From positions 832,001-896,000 of the forward strand of contig JBEPYO010000001.1 of the NCBI GenBank assembly GCA_041641295.1: a DNA stretch of 64,000 nt. The letters run 5' to 3'. How positions within the stretch are numbered: position 1 is the stretch's first letter; the number at the start of each line of letters is the position of its first letter. The notes below the pieces were generated by a model. That model made no database searches and was not told the DNA's origin. It worked only from the letters and a program-made list of their open reading frames with translations. Of the stretch, positions 31,575-40,175 are shown in pieces. Origin of the DNA: Nitrososphaerota archaeon. Lineage in GTDB: Archaea; Thermoproteota; Nitrososphaeria_A; Caldarchaeales; Calditenuaceae. Made by a program: the position numbers and the translations under genes.

Positions 31575-32159
31575 CTAGGCGTTTCCCGTGTAGGAGGTTT
31601 CTGGTGCTGGGCCGCCCCCGCGGAGATGAGGTCTTGCCGCGTATGCGTGGAGCCCGGTGGTCTGGTCTATTAGCTCTTTGAGGAGGTAGAAGCTTCTCTG
31701 GGAGCCGTCCTGCCTCGTCATCGTCACTCTATAGACGATTAGCTGGACTTGGTCGCCACTATTGAGCTTATCCTCGAAGGCGAGCCTGATTGTGCTTACC
31801 GACTTGTTGTCAACTAGCAGCCACATGGGAGTCTTAACCAAGACCCTGTCTGCTCCCGTCTCGATGACTAGGTAGCCCCTGTCCAGCTCGACAAGCCTCC
31901 CGGAGAGCTGGACCTCCTCGGTTGATACTGTGAAGTTGGGAGGTGGTCCACGCCCCCACCCTCTATGGTGCATCGATTGTGGACCCATGCCACCATGCAT
32001 CGCGTTGACCCCTAGGCATGAGGACCACTGACAGCCAAGGCCAGCTCCCGGCGCTGCCTGGGCGTAGACGTTGGGCGGCTGATACAGCAGTATCGCCGCG
32101 ACCAGCAGACTCGCAACACCCACAGCGACTACAGCCGATATCTTAAACCCACGATTCAT
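31575..32159 (-). CDS. Membrane-anchored or exported protein with Gly/Met/His-rich linker
   Basis: N-terminal TM; MHGGMGPQSMHH; OB-like beta C-terminus. Confidence 0.65.
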   Translation of the reverse strand: MNRGFKISAVVAVGVASLLVAAILLYQPPNVYAQAAPGAGLGCQWSSCLGVNAMHGGMGPQSMHHRGWGRGPPPNFTVSTEEVQLSGRLVELDRGYLVIETGADRVLVKTPMWLLVDNKSVSTIRLAFEDKLNSGDQVQLIVYRVTMTRQDGSQRSFYLLKELIDQTTGLHAYAARPHLRGGGPAPETSYTGNA

Positions 32160-32216
32160 ACAGCCCTCAACACAGTATACAGGACAGGCGTGATAAAAGC
32201 CACATGTACGAATCGT

Positions 32217-33047
32217 CTAACGCGGCCTCTTGGCCCCCTTGCCGGACTCAGCGAACCTCAGCAGGTTTACGAGAATCGCGATATCTGTGCGAGGTATCCT
32301 TAGACTTCCCGAGCCCTCTGCCTCGAGCTGTGCATAGCCCTTAGCAAGCCTCAGCCTGTAGCCTGTGTTGCCGCGGCACTCGTAGACTTCCTCTCGGGTT
32401 AGGGGGTCTGAGTAGATGAGGCGGGGCCTGGAGGCGATTATCCTAGCCAGCGCTTCTTCTGGTCCGAGAGGGCCGTAGAGCTCTATCAGCCTCCGAACCT
32501 CGCGAGAGGATAGAGCATTCTCTCTCGCTAGCTCTACGACGCGACCCTTGTCCTCCTCCGGCAGGTCCGATGCGGCCACGATGGACTTTGCACTGATGCT
32601 CAAGCCCTCCTCGCGAACCCTCCCAGCCCTCTCCAACTCGTAGTACCAGGCCCTGCTTATCCCGAAGTGTCTGCAGGCCTCCTCGACACTCTTGAATACC
32701 TCCCGCTGGATCATCAGGTCTATGTAGTTTAGGAGCTCTTCGGGCGTCAGGTCTTCTTGGCTCAGGTGTATTGAAAAGGCTATCTTCATCGCCTCCTCCT
32801 CGGATACCTCGTAGACTATTGCTGGGACCTCCTGGAGGCCCGCCCTCCTCGCCGCCTCTAGTCTGCGGGAGCCGTCAAGGACCTCGTACCTGCCATGCGC
32901 GCTGTTCCACCAGAGGATTAGGGGCTGCGTGACCCCCATTTGTCTGATGGACGTGGTGAGGGCTTCGAGCCGCTCCCTATCCACCACCTGCCTCGGGTTT
33001 ATCGGGGTTTTATGGATCTGGCTGAGGGGGATTGGGGCTACTTTCAT
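32217..33047 (-). CDS. parB: ParB/Spo0J family protein
   Basis: NPR, L..SI...GV.QP, DGSRRLEA box, followed by an HTH. Confidence 0.9.
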   Translation of the reverse strand: MKVAPIPLSQIHKTPINPRQVVDRERLEALTTSIRQMGVTQPLILWWNSAHGRYEVLDGSRRLEAARRAGLQEVPAIVYEVSEEEAMKIAFSIHLSQEDLTPEELLNYIDLMIQREVFKSVEEACRHFGISRAWYYELERAGRVREEGLSISAKSIVAASDLPEEDKGRVVELARENALSSREVRRLIELYGPLGPEEALARIIASRPRLIYSDPLTREEVYECRGNTGYRLRLAKGYAQLEAEGSGSLRIPRTDIAILVNLLRFAESGKGAKRPR

Positions 33048-33325
33048 GGCTGCTTTATTCTCAGCCTCAGGACTGGCTTCTTATTGTCGAGAACTTCGAG
33101 CACCCAGCGGGGGGTCTCGACTACCTGCTGGCAGAAGTATTGGAGGGCCATCGAGGTCAGGTCTCTCGCCCTCGTATCTGGTAGTAGCCTCCGGTAGAGG
33201 GCCCTGTACTCGGCGGAGCCTACCACGAAGTCCCGCCCCTTAACTCCCGAGAGCTCATCGGCTAGGAGGTCGCCCAGCCTCCAGACAAGCCTGAGAGCGA
33301 GCCTCTTATCCCTGAGCCGCGGCAA
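33044..33325 (-). CDS. Small hypothetical protein translationally coupled to parB
   Basis: 4-nt ATGA overlap with parB; GGTGG upstream. Confidence 0.65.
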   Translation of the reverse strand: MPRLRDKRLALRLVWRLGDLLADELSGVKGRDFVVGSAEYRALYRRLLPDTRARDLTSMALQYFCQQVVETPRWVLEVLDNKKPVLRLRIKQP

Positions 33326-33344
33326 GGCAGCACCACCCGGCCCA

Positions 33345-33491
33345 TTAGAGCCCCAGCGCGCTCCTCAGAATCCTCCGTATAAGCAAGGAGACAGGCACCC
33401 CCTCTGATGACGCCCTCTCCTCCAAAGCCCTATACAAGTCCTGTGGTAGGCGGATATGGATGTCCCTTGAATCTTTAAGCGCCCTCTTCAA
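33345..33491 (-). CDS. CopG/RHH DNA-binding protein
   Basis: IHIRLPQDLYRALEERA...VSLLIRRIL; TTG at 33491 after GGTGGTGG. Confidence 0.8.
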   Translation of the reverse strand: MKRALKDSRDIHIRLPQDLYRALEERASSEGVPVSLLIRRILRSALGL

Positions 33492-33589
33492 GCTCCACCA
33501 CCCCCAGCCGTGGATCACCACTGTCCAGAACCATACAATGGTTATCCATACCGATACCACCGTCTGACACCACCCCATGGATTCGCGAC

Positions 33590-33603
33590 AAGATATATAT
33601 CTT
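33590..33603. promoter_or_regulatory. Perfect palindrome, probable bidirectional TATA box
   Basis: AAGATATATATCTT between two divergent RHH genes. Confidence 0.5.
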
Positions 33604-33607
33604 AAGA

Positions 33608-33988
33608 GTGTTAGGTGAAAGTGTGCCGAGGCCCACGTCTGCGAGGGAGGCTGTCTGGAGCATCAGGCTGAAGCGGGAGATAGACGAGATTTTAGAGAAG
33701 GAGGCCAAGAAGCGGGGAATAAGCAAGAACGACCTCGTGAAGTCCATCATACTCGACTGGGCCTACAGGAACGGATACAACAAGGTGCTCCACTTCAACT
33801 TCCGGAACACGACAATCACCCTCTGGGACTTCCTACTCAACCAAACCGTCGACATCACATACACGGGCGACAAGCGTCTCTTCTGCGAGCACTGCAGGAC
33901 GCATAACTGCGGCCACGTATACTACGCAGTCACGAGCATACCGGAGGTTGCTAGGAAGGTTAGGCGCGGCGAGATAAGGGTTGACTAG
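33608..33988 (+). CDS. RHH protein with C-terminal CxxC-CxH Zn finger
   Basis: WSIRLKREIDEILEKEAKKRGISKNDLVKSII; CEHC...CGH. Confidence 0.8.
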   Translation: MLGESVPRPTSAREAVWSIRLKREIDEILEKEAKKRGISKNDLVKSIILDWAYRNGYNKVLHFNFRNTTITLWDFLLNQTVDITYTGDKRLFCEHCRTHNCGHVYYAVTSIPEVARKVRRGEIRVD

Positions 33989-34029
33989 ACTCTGAGGAAT
34001 ATTTTGCGGCAGGTGGATGGGCTGTCCCT

Positions 34030-34341
34030 GTGGGACTGCTCTACAGGCTCGGCCTTCTAGCCGCCATCATTGTTCTGGTAGTCGTCGGGGTTGTCCTTCT
34101 CGCCGACTGGCCGGTGGGGCTTGGCGAGTATTCCATCCAAGTCTGCAGGGGGATTGTGGAGGGCGGCCCAGCTGGTGGGAGGGTGATCTGCGAGGAGAGG
34201 AGATTTAACCTCTTCCGGGGAAGCCAAGTTTCAGGGATTCTAGGCACCGCTATACTTTCCTTGGCCCTAAACCTCATAGTTTTCTTTGTGAGAGAGTTTG
34301 CCAGGTTTTTGAGATTCTTTCATGGGGGTGGACAGGCCTAA
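34030..34341 (+). CDS. Small two-TM membrane protein
   Basis: Two hydrophobic segments with a Cys pair in the loop. Confidence 0.6.
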   Translation: MGLLYRLGLLAAIIVLVVVGVVLLADWPVGLGEYSIQVCRGIVEGGPAGGRVICEERRFNLFRGSQVSGILGTAILSLALNLIVFFVREFARFLRFFHGGGQA

Positions 34342-34742
34342 AATCCCTTGAGATCCCCGCCTCTGCATTCACAATATCACTGACGCCACCCTGTTGCCCT
34401 GTATGGAATACATAGTAAGGTAAGAAGCTGACACATTCTCATCGACTTCTACTTGGCTGGGACTATTCTGACTGCTCTGCCGACCGTAAGCATCCTCCAC
34501 CCTCTCCCCTACTTGGTGCATAGACTATGCGGATTCCGATCTAACCTAGCCCTAGCTGTCTGAGTGGATGTGAAGAGACTGGCAGCTTGGGGCAGCCGTG
34601 TCTAGGGTCTGGGATTGGCCAATCGGTTGGCGTAGCCTCCCCGCAACACTGGCTGGAGATTTGATAGATGACATGGCCCCGGTATGATCACGGCCATTCC
34701 ACAGGAAGCCCGCTAGCCAAAACAAATATAATGTGAGAGAGT

Positions 34743-35165
34743 TTGGGGCCGGGCCTGGAGGCTTTGCCTGCGAAGAGGAGGGTTAGGGTAGAGGTTGTGA
34801 GCGACGACGGCGACAGATTAACAGTCATACTTGAGGGGAGGGTTACGAGGGAGAAGATCATGCAGCTTGCCGACCTCGTGGACCTCTACGGCGGAGGCGC
34901 CTCCCCCCAGCAGCCCATAGAGAACAAGCTGACGAGGTTGGCCAGGATGATTGAGAAGAGGTTCCCCTACGCCGAGTTCACCTCACGGGACGTGGTTGAG
35001 GCCTATGAGGCCGAGTATGGAGAGAAGCTGACCCTGAGCACGGCCTCCACCTACCTCTCGAGGCTTGCTGAGAGGGGGTTCTTGGAGAGGGCCGGCGGCA
35101 TGCTAAATAATATTAGATATCGGCTGCTCAGGGGCCGGGTTGAGGAGGTTGAGGGCGACCAGTAG
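34743..35165 (+). CDS. Protein with C-terminal winged HTH
   Basis: FTSRDV...LSTASTYLSRLAERGFLER. Confidence 0.75.
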   Translation: MGPGLEALPAKRRVRVEVVSDDGDRLTVILEGRVTREKIMQLADLVDLYGGGASPQQPIENKLTRLARMIEKRFPYAEFTSRDVVEAYEAEYGEKLTLSTASTYLSRLAERGFLERAGGMLNNIRYRLLRGRVEEVEGDQ

Positions 35166-35550
35166 CCCTCCCGGCCAGCTTCTCCAGTATCTCTAGCGCA
35201 TCCTCCATCTCTCCGCTCTCCAAGGCCTGACTGAGCTCTAGCAGCCAGGCGAACCGTCTCTCGCCTAGGAGGCCTAGGTATCCGAGGAGTAGGAGGGTGT
35301 GGATGGATTGGGAGATGTTACGCAGGGCTTGTCCGAGTATTTTGGCGTAGGTTCCGCGGGAGACGCCGAGTAGCCGTGCCTTCTCTTCAAAGGTCCTCCG
35401 AGCCCCGGTCGCATAGTCCTCGGCCTCCAGCCTGAGTGCTTCAAACTGCCTCCTCGTGAGGGATGAGCCCCGGAGTAGGGCCCTGAGAACCGGGTCTTCC
35501 CCCGGAATAGAGCCCCTCTCCTCCAAAAGGAGCTCAAGCGGATAAGTCAA
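35128..35550 (-). CDS. Tfx/sigma4-like HTH protein
   Basis: SLTRRQ...EKARLLGVSRGT...LLLLGYLG. Confidence 0.7.
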   Translation of the reverse strand: MTYPLELLLEERGSIPGEDPVLRALLRGSSLTRRQFEALRLEAEDYATGARRTFEEKARLLGVSRGTYAKILGQALRNISQSIHTLLLLGYLGLLGERRFAWLLELSQALESGEMEDALEILEKLAGRATGRPQPPQPGP

Positions 35551-35598
35551 GCATCGCCCACCTCCCTGCTAGACATTTTTGTCAACGCCACTCCCTGA

Positions 35599-36435
35599 TT
35601 AGTGCTCGCCACCCTCAAGACCCACCCCACTCTCGATAGACTCTCCACGTATTACCTCACCCCTAAGCCTCGCCAACACCTCCTCGGCCAAGGCCGCATA
35701 CGCCCTCGCAGCATCCGAGTCGGGGGCATAGATTACTAGGGGTGTCCTGTGGAAGTGGCCCTCCTCAGCCTTGACGCTCATGGGGATCTCGGTCGAGAGG
35801 AGGCCGTCGCCGAGCCTGGCCCGGAGGTCGCTCCGAACCTCCCGCGTAACACGGTACCTGTTGTCGACCATCGTGAGGAAGTGACCTAGAATCTCGATCC
35901 TCCTCCCCAGCCTCTTCCTCATCAAGTGTATTATCTGGTATAGCCTTCTAAGCCCCTCTATGCTGTAGAGCCTGGGCTGGATTGGGACGAGTACGTGGCT
36001 GGAGGCGTATAGGGCGTTGAATGTCAGGACGCCGAGGCTTGGCGGAGTATCCACCAATACGACGTCGTATTTGGAAAGTTCCGGCTCCAAGACTGTGGCC
36101 AAGACGGCCTCCCTGCCGGGCTGACGGGCAATCCTATCCTCTGCTGCCGCAAGCGACTCGTTACTAGGTGCGACATATAGCCCCGGAATCCCCGTCTCCC
36201 TGACAACTTGGCCTAGGCCTTGGACTCCGATGAGGGCTGCTGTAACGGTTCTCGAGGATTCGCCAGTGTCTATGCCGAGGGAGAGGGCGAGGTGTCCCTG
36301 GGGGTCCATGTCGACTGCCAGAACTTTGAGGCCGTGCCTCAGGGCGAGGGCTGATGCCAAGTTGACTACGCTCGTCGTCTTTCCGACGCCGCCCTTTTGG
36401 TTGCTAACGGCTATCACCCACGTCACACACGTCAC
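35599..36435 (-). CDS. parA: ParA/Soj (SegA-like) ATPase
   Basis: NQKGGVGKTT, DMDPQG and DTPPSLG motifs. Confidence 0.95.
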   Translation of the reverse strand: MTCVTWVIAVSNQKGGVGKTTSVVNLASALALRHGLKVLAVDMDPQGHLALSLGIDTGESSRTVTAALIGVQGLGQVVRETGIPGLYVAPSNESLAAAEDRIARQPGREAVLATVLEPELSKYDVVLVDTPPSLGVLTFNALYASSHVLVPIQPRLYSIEGLRRLYQIIHLMRKRLGRRIEILGHFLTMVDNRYRVTREVRSDLRARLGDGLLSTEIPMSVKAEEGHFHRTPLVIYAPDSDAARAYAALAEEVLARLRGEVIRGESIESGVGLEGGEH

Positions 36436-36779
36436 CCCTGTCCCCCATGCCCCACACGGGCGACAAGTTCCCTAATCCCAATCTTCACCGACATCCTAAG
36501 CACCTTTGAGTAGAGCCCCCGCGGGTCGCCTAGGGGCCCCTGCATCTCGGCCAGCCTCGAGACAACACCCTCCAGCAGCTCATAGTCCTCCGGGTCTATG
36601 TAGAAGTGGACCTTCCTCCGCCTCTGCCTATCTTGGGCCCCGGGCCGGGTGGCAGGCTGCTCCGCCGGGGTCTCGGGCGATAATAGGTCCTCGATCGTTG
36701 GTAGAAGCCGGTCTAGATAATCGGATGGTATCCGCCTAGACGATGGGTCCGGCATGACGAGAGCACCCACATCACCCAC
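36432..36779 (-). CDS. RHH protein with disordered N-terminus (SegB/ParG-like)
   Basis: KVHFYIDPEDYELL...YSKVLR; overlaps the parA start by 4 nt. Confidence 0.65.
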   Translation of the reverse strand: MGDVGALVMPDPSSRRIPSDYLDRLLPTIEDLLSPETPAEQPATRPGAQDRQRRRKVHFYIDPEDYELLEGVVSRLAEMQGPLGDPRGLYSKVLRMSVKIGIRELVARVGHGGQG

Positions 36780-37211
36780 GTATTATAGGTTGCACACGTC
36801 ACCCATGGGAGACATGTCCTCCGTAGTACCATAATTTATAGCCACCACGGACCTTTTACAACGTTCCACCGGATTATTCTTGTATTGTAATACTAGGTTT
36901 AAATATTAGTTACTTTCTATACTCGACTACTAAAAATATGTAGTCTATACTTGTATCTTCTCTTTTTATTGATGAGTTTAAGGGGATGATTAACAATTCT
37001 CAGCAAGTTTATCAGTGTGCGCAAACATGGTATCTTTTAAGCTGCGTGCGCACATCTCCTGATAATCAGAATTGTCCTACTGACTAACTGACCATTAACA
37101 CGCGTTATCTAAAGTATTTCGCTGTAATACAGATATTATATAATGTTTTCGTTATCTCCTAGTGATTTATTACTCTTACTGCGGGTCCCCATATTTCGCT
37201 GGTGGGTTGTA

Positions 37212-37472
37212 ATGGCGGATACCGTGCTACTTCAGGTTAGGGTCAGTTCAGCTTTGGTAAGGAAGATTGATGAGCTATGCAGTGAAGGTATCTTCAGAAA
37301 TAGGAGTGAGGCAGTAAGCGACGCGATACGGATGCTCATAGCTAGGTACTCGAAGACCTCTCCTGAGGCCCGCACAACAGCACTCTACCTGAGCGGGAGG
37401 CTCAACAGGGCCGGCAACCCCGAGGACTTGGTCTTTACAGCTGAAACAGAGATCGTTGATAAGGAAGAGTAG
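37212..37472 (+). CDS. CopG/RHH protein
   Basis: LQVRVSSALVRKIDEL...FRNRSEAVSDAIR. Confidence 0.8.
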   Translation: MADTVLLQVRVSSALVRKIDELCSEGIFRNRSEAVSDAIRMLIARYSKTSPEARTTALYLSGRLNRAGNPEDLVFTAETEIVDKEE

Positions 37473-37728
37473 TGCATAGCCATTAATGCTAATTTTTCTA
37501 TTTTTTACACCATCTAACGCTAATGAGCGACCTAATAGGGCGAGACAGAATCGTTTATAGAGCGGGCGGGAAGGGTAAAAATAAATAAAAAGGTGAGACA
37601 CAAAAAGACACCCATCAGCATTGATGACATATTTAATCTTTACTACAAAATAAAGACAAACATATATATTACTAAAAGCACACTATATTCAGCAGTATGA
37701 TGAATGAAATATACATATCCCATACAAG

Positions 37729-38436
37729 ATGCAAAGCAATAAGGGGGTGTCGGAGGTGGCTAGCCTAGGGGTTAAAGCCAAGACAACAGCCGAGAGGAAG
37801 GGCTCTCCAGAGGACATTCTGCGGCAGATCGAGGAGCTCCGCGAGCCGATTGAGAAGACCCTCACGGACATTCGGGAGATGATAAGCGCCCTCGACAACC
37901 CGTTGATCGGGGTTATGGAGGAGCCGCCGCCCCAGCCGCGCGGGGAGCCTCTCACGAGGAGGGGGCGGGATGGTGAGGCTGAAGCTGGCCGCATAGGGTC
38001 TCCACCCCATGTAGGCGGGGCCGCTCTTGAGGGTGTGGCCAGCGGTGAGACGGCCGGGCCGCCAGCCCCTCCACCAATCCCCCAGACCCCACTCTCCGCA
38101 AGCGCCAGCGTCTCACGGTTCAACGCCACCGCCATCGCCTCCCTCGCAGTCTGGCTCCTAGGCCGCGACGTCTTCGAGAGGCTTGTAAACTCCCTCGCAC
38201 TCAACTCTCCCAGCAACCTCTATCTAACGGCACTCCTGAGGGAGTCCGCCGACTTCGTGGCAGCGACGCTCCGGGACGAGCGCGTCTTCGCTAGGGCAGG
38301 CTCAAGCCACGAGGCCTACCTGCTATGCGTCATGCTCCTCGAGCTCTACCTCTCCAACCCCTCTCTCTCCTCCATCGGGATTGTCGCCTCTCTGATTCAG
38401 AGGCTCCTCTCACATGGTGGGGTGAAGGGCGCGTGA
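37729..38436 (+). CDS. Archaellum accessory protein (ArlC/D/E-like)
   Basis: Coiled coil ending DIREMISALDNPL, then a Pro-rich linker; first gene of the operon. Confidence 0.55.
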   Translation: MQSNKGVSEVASLGVKAKTTAERKGSPEDILRQIEELREPIEKTLTDIREMISALDNPLIGVMEEPPPQPRGEPLTRRGRDGEAEAGRIGSPPHVGGAALEGVASGETAGPPAPPPIPQTPLSASASVSRFNATAIASLAVWLLGRDVFERLVNSLALNSPSNLYLTALLRESADFVAATLRDERVFARAGSSHEAYLLCVMLLELYLSNPSLSSIGIVASLIQRLLSHGGVKGA

Positions 38437-38933
38437 GCCCCTCAGGCATAGTTGGTGAGGCCTACCTTCTCATCGTCTCCATCATCATCCTCGCAGGCTT
38501 CTCCACCGTCTACTACAGCAGCTACTCCTCGCTGGGTGAGGCGGTGAGGCTTGAGGCGCTGGAGGCCAGGGATAGGGTTGAGAAGAGACTAGTAGTCGCA
38601 GCCATCAACTACGACGCCAGCCAGGGAGTCCTCGAGGTCTACCTGAAGAGCGTGGGGGCGCGTGGCATCTCAAGGGGCGAACTCCAAGCCTCCTCAATCT
38701 ACCTAATCTCAAACGGGTACTTCCAGCACTTCGCCTACTCGGAGGGCGGAGGACCCGGCACATGGAGCCTCGAGCTCGTCTCAGACAGCCTCGGGAACGG
38801 AGTCCTCGACAGGGGAGATACTGCTAGGGCGGTCCTCAGGCCTTCTGGAGCCCTGGCCAACGGGACGTATGTGGTGAGGGTGGTGATGCCGACTGGCAGG
38901 GTTGTGGAGGAGGTCTTCTCCGTCGGGGGGTGA
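38433..38933 (+). CDS. arlG: Archaellum protein ArlG (FlaG)
   Basis: N-terminal TM, YLKSVG and W.....D..GNG.LDRGDT; GTG at 38433 overlaps the upstream stop. Confidence 0.75.
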   Translation: MSPSGIVGEAYLLIVSIIILAGFSTVYYSSYSSLGEAVRLEALEARDRVEKRLVVAAINYDASQGVLEVYLKSVGARGISRGELQASSIYLISNGYFQHFAYSEGGGPGTWSLELVSDSLGNGVLDRGDTARAVLRPSGALANGTYVVRVVMPTGRVVEEVFSVGG

Positions 38934-38942
38934 GGAGCGGGT

Positions 38943-39458
38943 ATGGGCTTGAGCACGGCGGTCACCGCCTCCTTTGCCCTCATGCTCCTGATAGGAGCTA
39001 TGGCAAGCCTGCTCACACTCTCCTCCGAGGTCAGGAGCGGCCTACTGGAACTCTCGGAGAAGATGCGCTCCGACGGATGCCAAGCCCGGTCAGCAGTGCT
39101 AGAAGTGAAGTGGATAAATGGTTCAGAGGTGGGGGCGGGTCTGAGACTCCACTCGGGCTGCGGCCTCAAGCTCCGCGACCTAGCCTCCTCAGACCTCTAC
39201 GCCTACTATTGGACCCTCTCCGGCGCCCGGGGGTTCAGCAGGCTCAGACCGGACCAAGACTGGAGAGTCTTAGAGGTAAGGGGGCCGGCGGGCTTGGAGC
39301 TCCTGAACCCCTCAACACCCGGGGCGTGGGAGGGCGTCCTAGACCCTGGGGAGGAGGCTGTGATGCTGGCTAGGCTTCCCGGAGAGTTTGACGCGGGCAG
39401 GGGAGCCGTCTTGGTTCTAGTTACGCCGGATGGTGATAGGGTGGTGGGTGGGGGTTGA
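38943..39458 (+). CDS. arlF: Archaellum protein ArlF (FlaF)
   Basis: MGLSTAV TM, LDPGE and LVTPDG; position before arlH. Confidence 0.75.
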   Translation: MGLSTAVTASFALMLLIGAMASLLTLSSEVRSGLLELSEKMRSDGCQARSAVLEVKWINGSEVGAGLRLHSGCGLKLRDLASSDLYAYYWTLSGARGFSRLRPDQDWRVLEVRGPAGLELLNPSTPGAWEGVLDPGEEAVMLARLPGEFDAGRGAVLVLVTPDGDRVVGGG

Positions 39459-40174
39459 GCGACGGGTCGAGGCACCTAGTCCTAAAGCTCCAGAACGAGG
39501 AGCTTGACAGGCGGATAGGCGGGATAGCCCTCCCGGCCCTGATAGTCATTGAGGGGCCGAACGACTCGGGGAAGAGCGTCCTATGCTACCAGCTGATGCA
39601 CGGAGCCCTCGCGGCAGGCCTCAGGGTATGCCTCATCTCCTCGGAGGGAGGCGGCAAGACAATCGTCAAGAACATGGAGAGCCTCAGCTTCACAGCCTCG
39701 AGACACTACCTGACAGGGAGGCTCCACGTCATCTCCTTCTACGTCAAGGACACCAAGTGGAGGCCAGAGTACTCGAAGGTGATAATGGACAGGCTCCTCA
39801 CATACATCGGCTCCAAGGCCGAGAAGTTCGACATATTCGTCATAGACTCACTCACGGTCTTCGTCACCGGCGGAGACCAGGAGGACGTCCTAACCTTCCT
39901 CTCTAGGCTCAGGATGATTTGCGAGAAGAGCGAGGTGAGCATGGTCCTAACCGTCCACCCCTACGCCCTCACACAGGAAACACTCATCAGGATAAGATCC
40001 CTCGCCGACGCCCACTTCCTCCTCTCGATCAAAGAGGTCGGAGACAAGATCTTCAAGACGATGCAGATACTCAAGGTGCGGGGCGCCTCGAAGTCCTCCA
40101 GCCAGACGATAAGCTTCGACGTCGACCCCGTCTTCGGGATAAAGATCCTCCCATACACGCAGGTGAAGGTCTAG
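39455..40174 (+). CDS. arlH: Archaellum RecA/KaiC-like ATPase ArlH (FlaH)
   Basis: ELDRRIGG, GPNDSGKS, IDSLT, TVHP and FDVDP.FGIKI motifs. Confidence 0.92.
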   Translation: MSDGSRHLVLKLQNEELDRRIGGIALPALIVIEGPNDSGKSVLCYQLMHGALAAGLRVCLISSEGGGKTIVKNMESLSFTASRHYLTGRLHVISFYVKDTKWRPEYSKVIMDRLLTYIGSKAEKFDIFVIDSLTVFVTGGDQEDVLTFLSRLRMICEKSEVSMVLTVHPYALTQETLIRIRSLADAHFLLSIKEVGDKIFKTMQILKVRGASKSSSQTISFDVDPVFGIKILPYTQVKV

Positions 40175-40175
40175 C

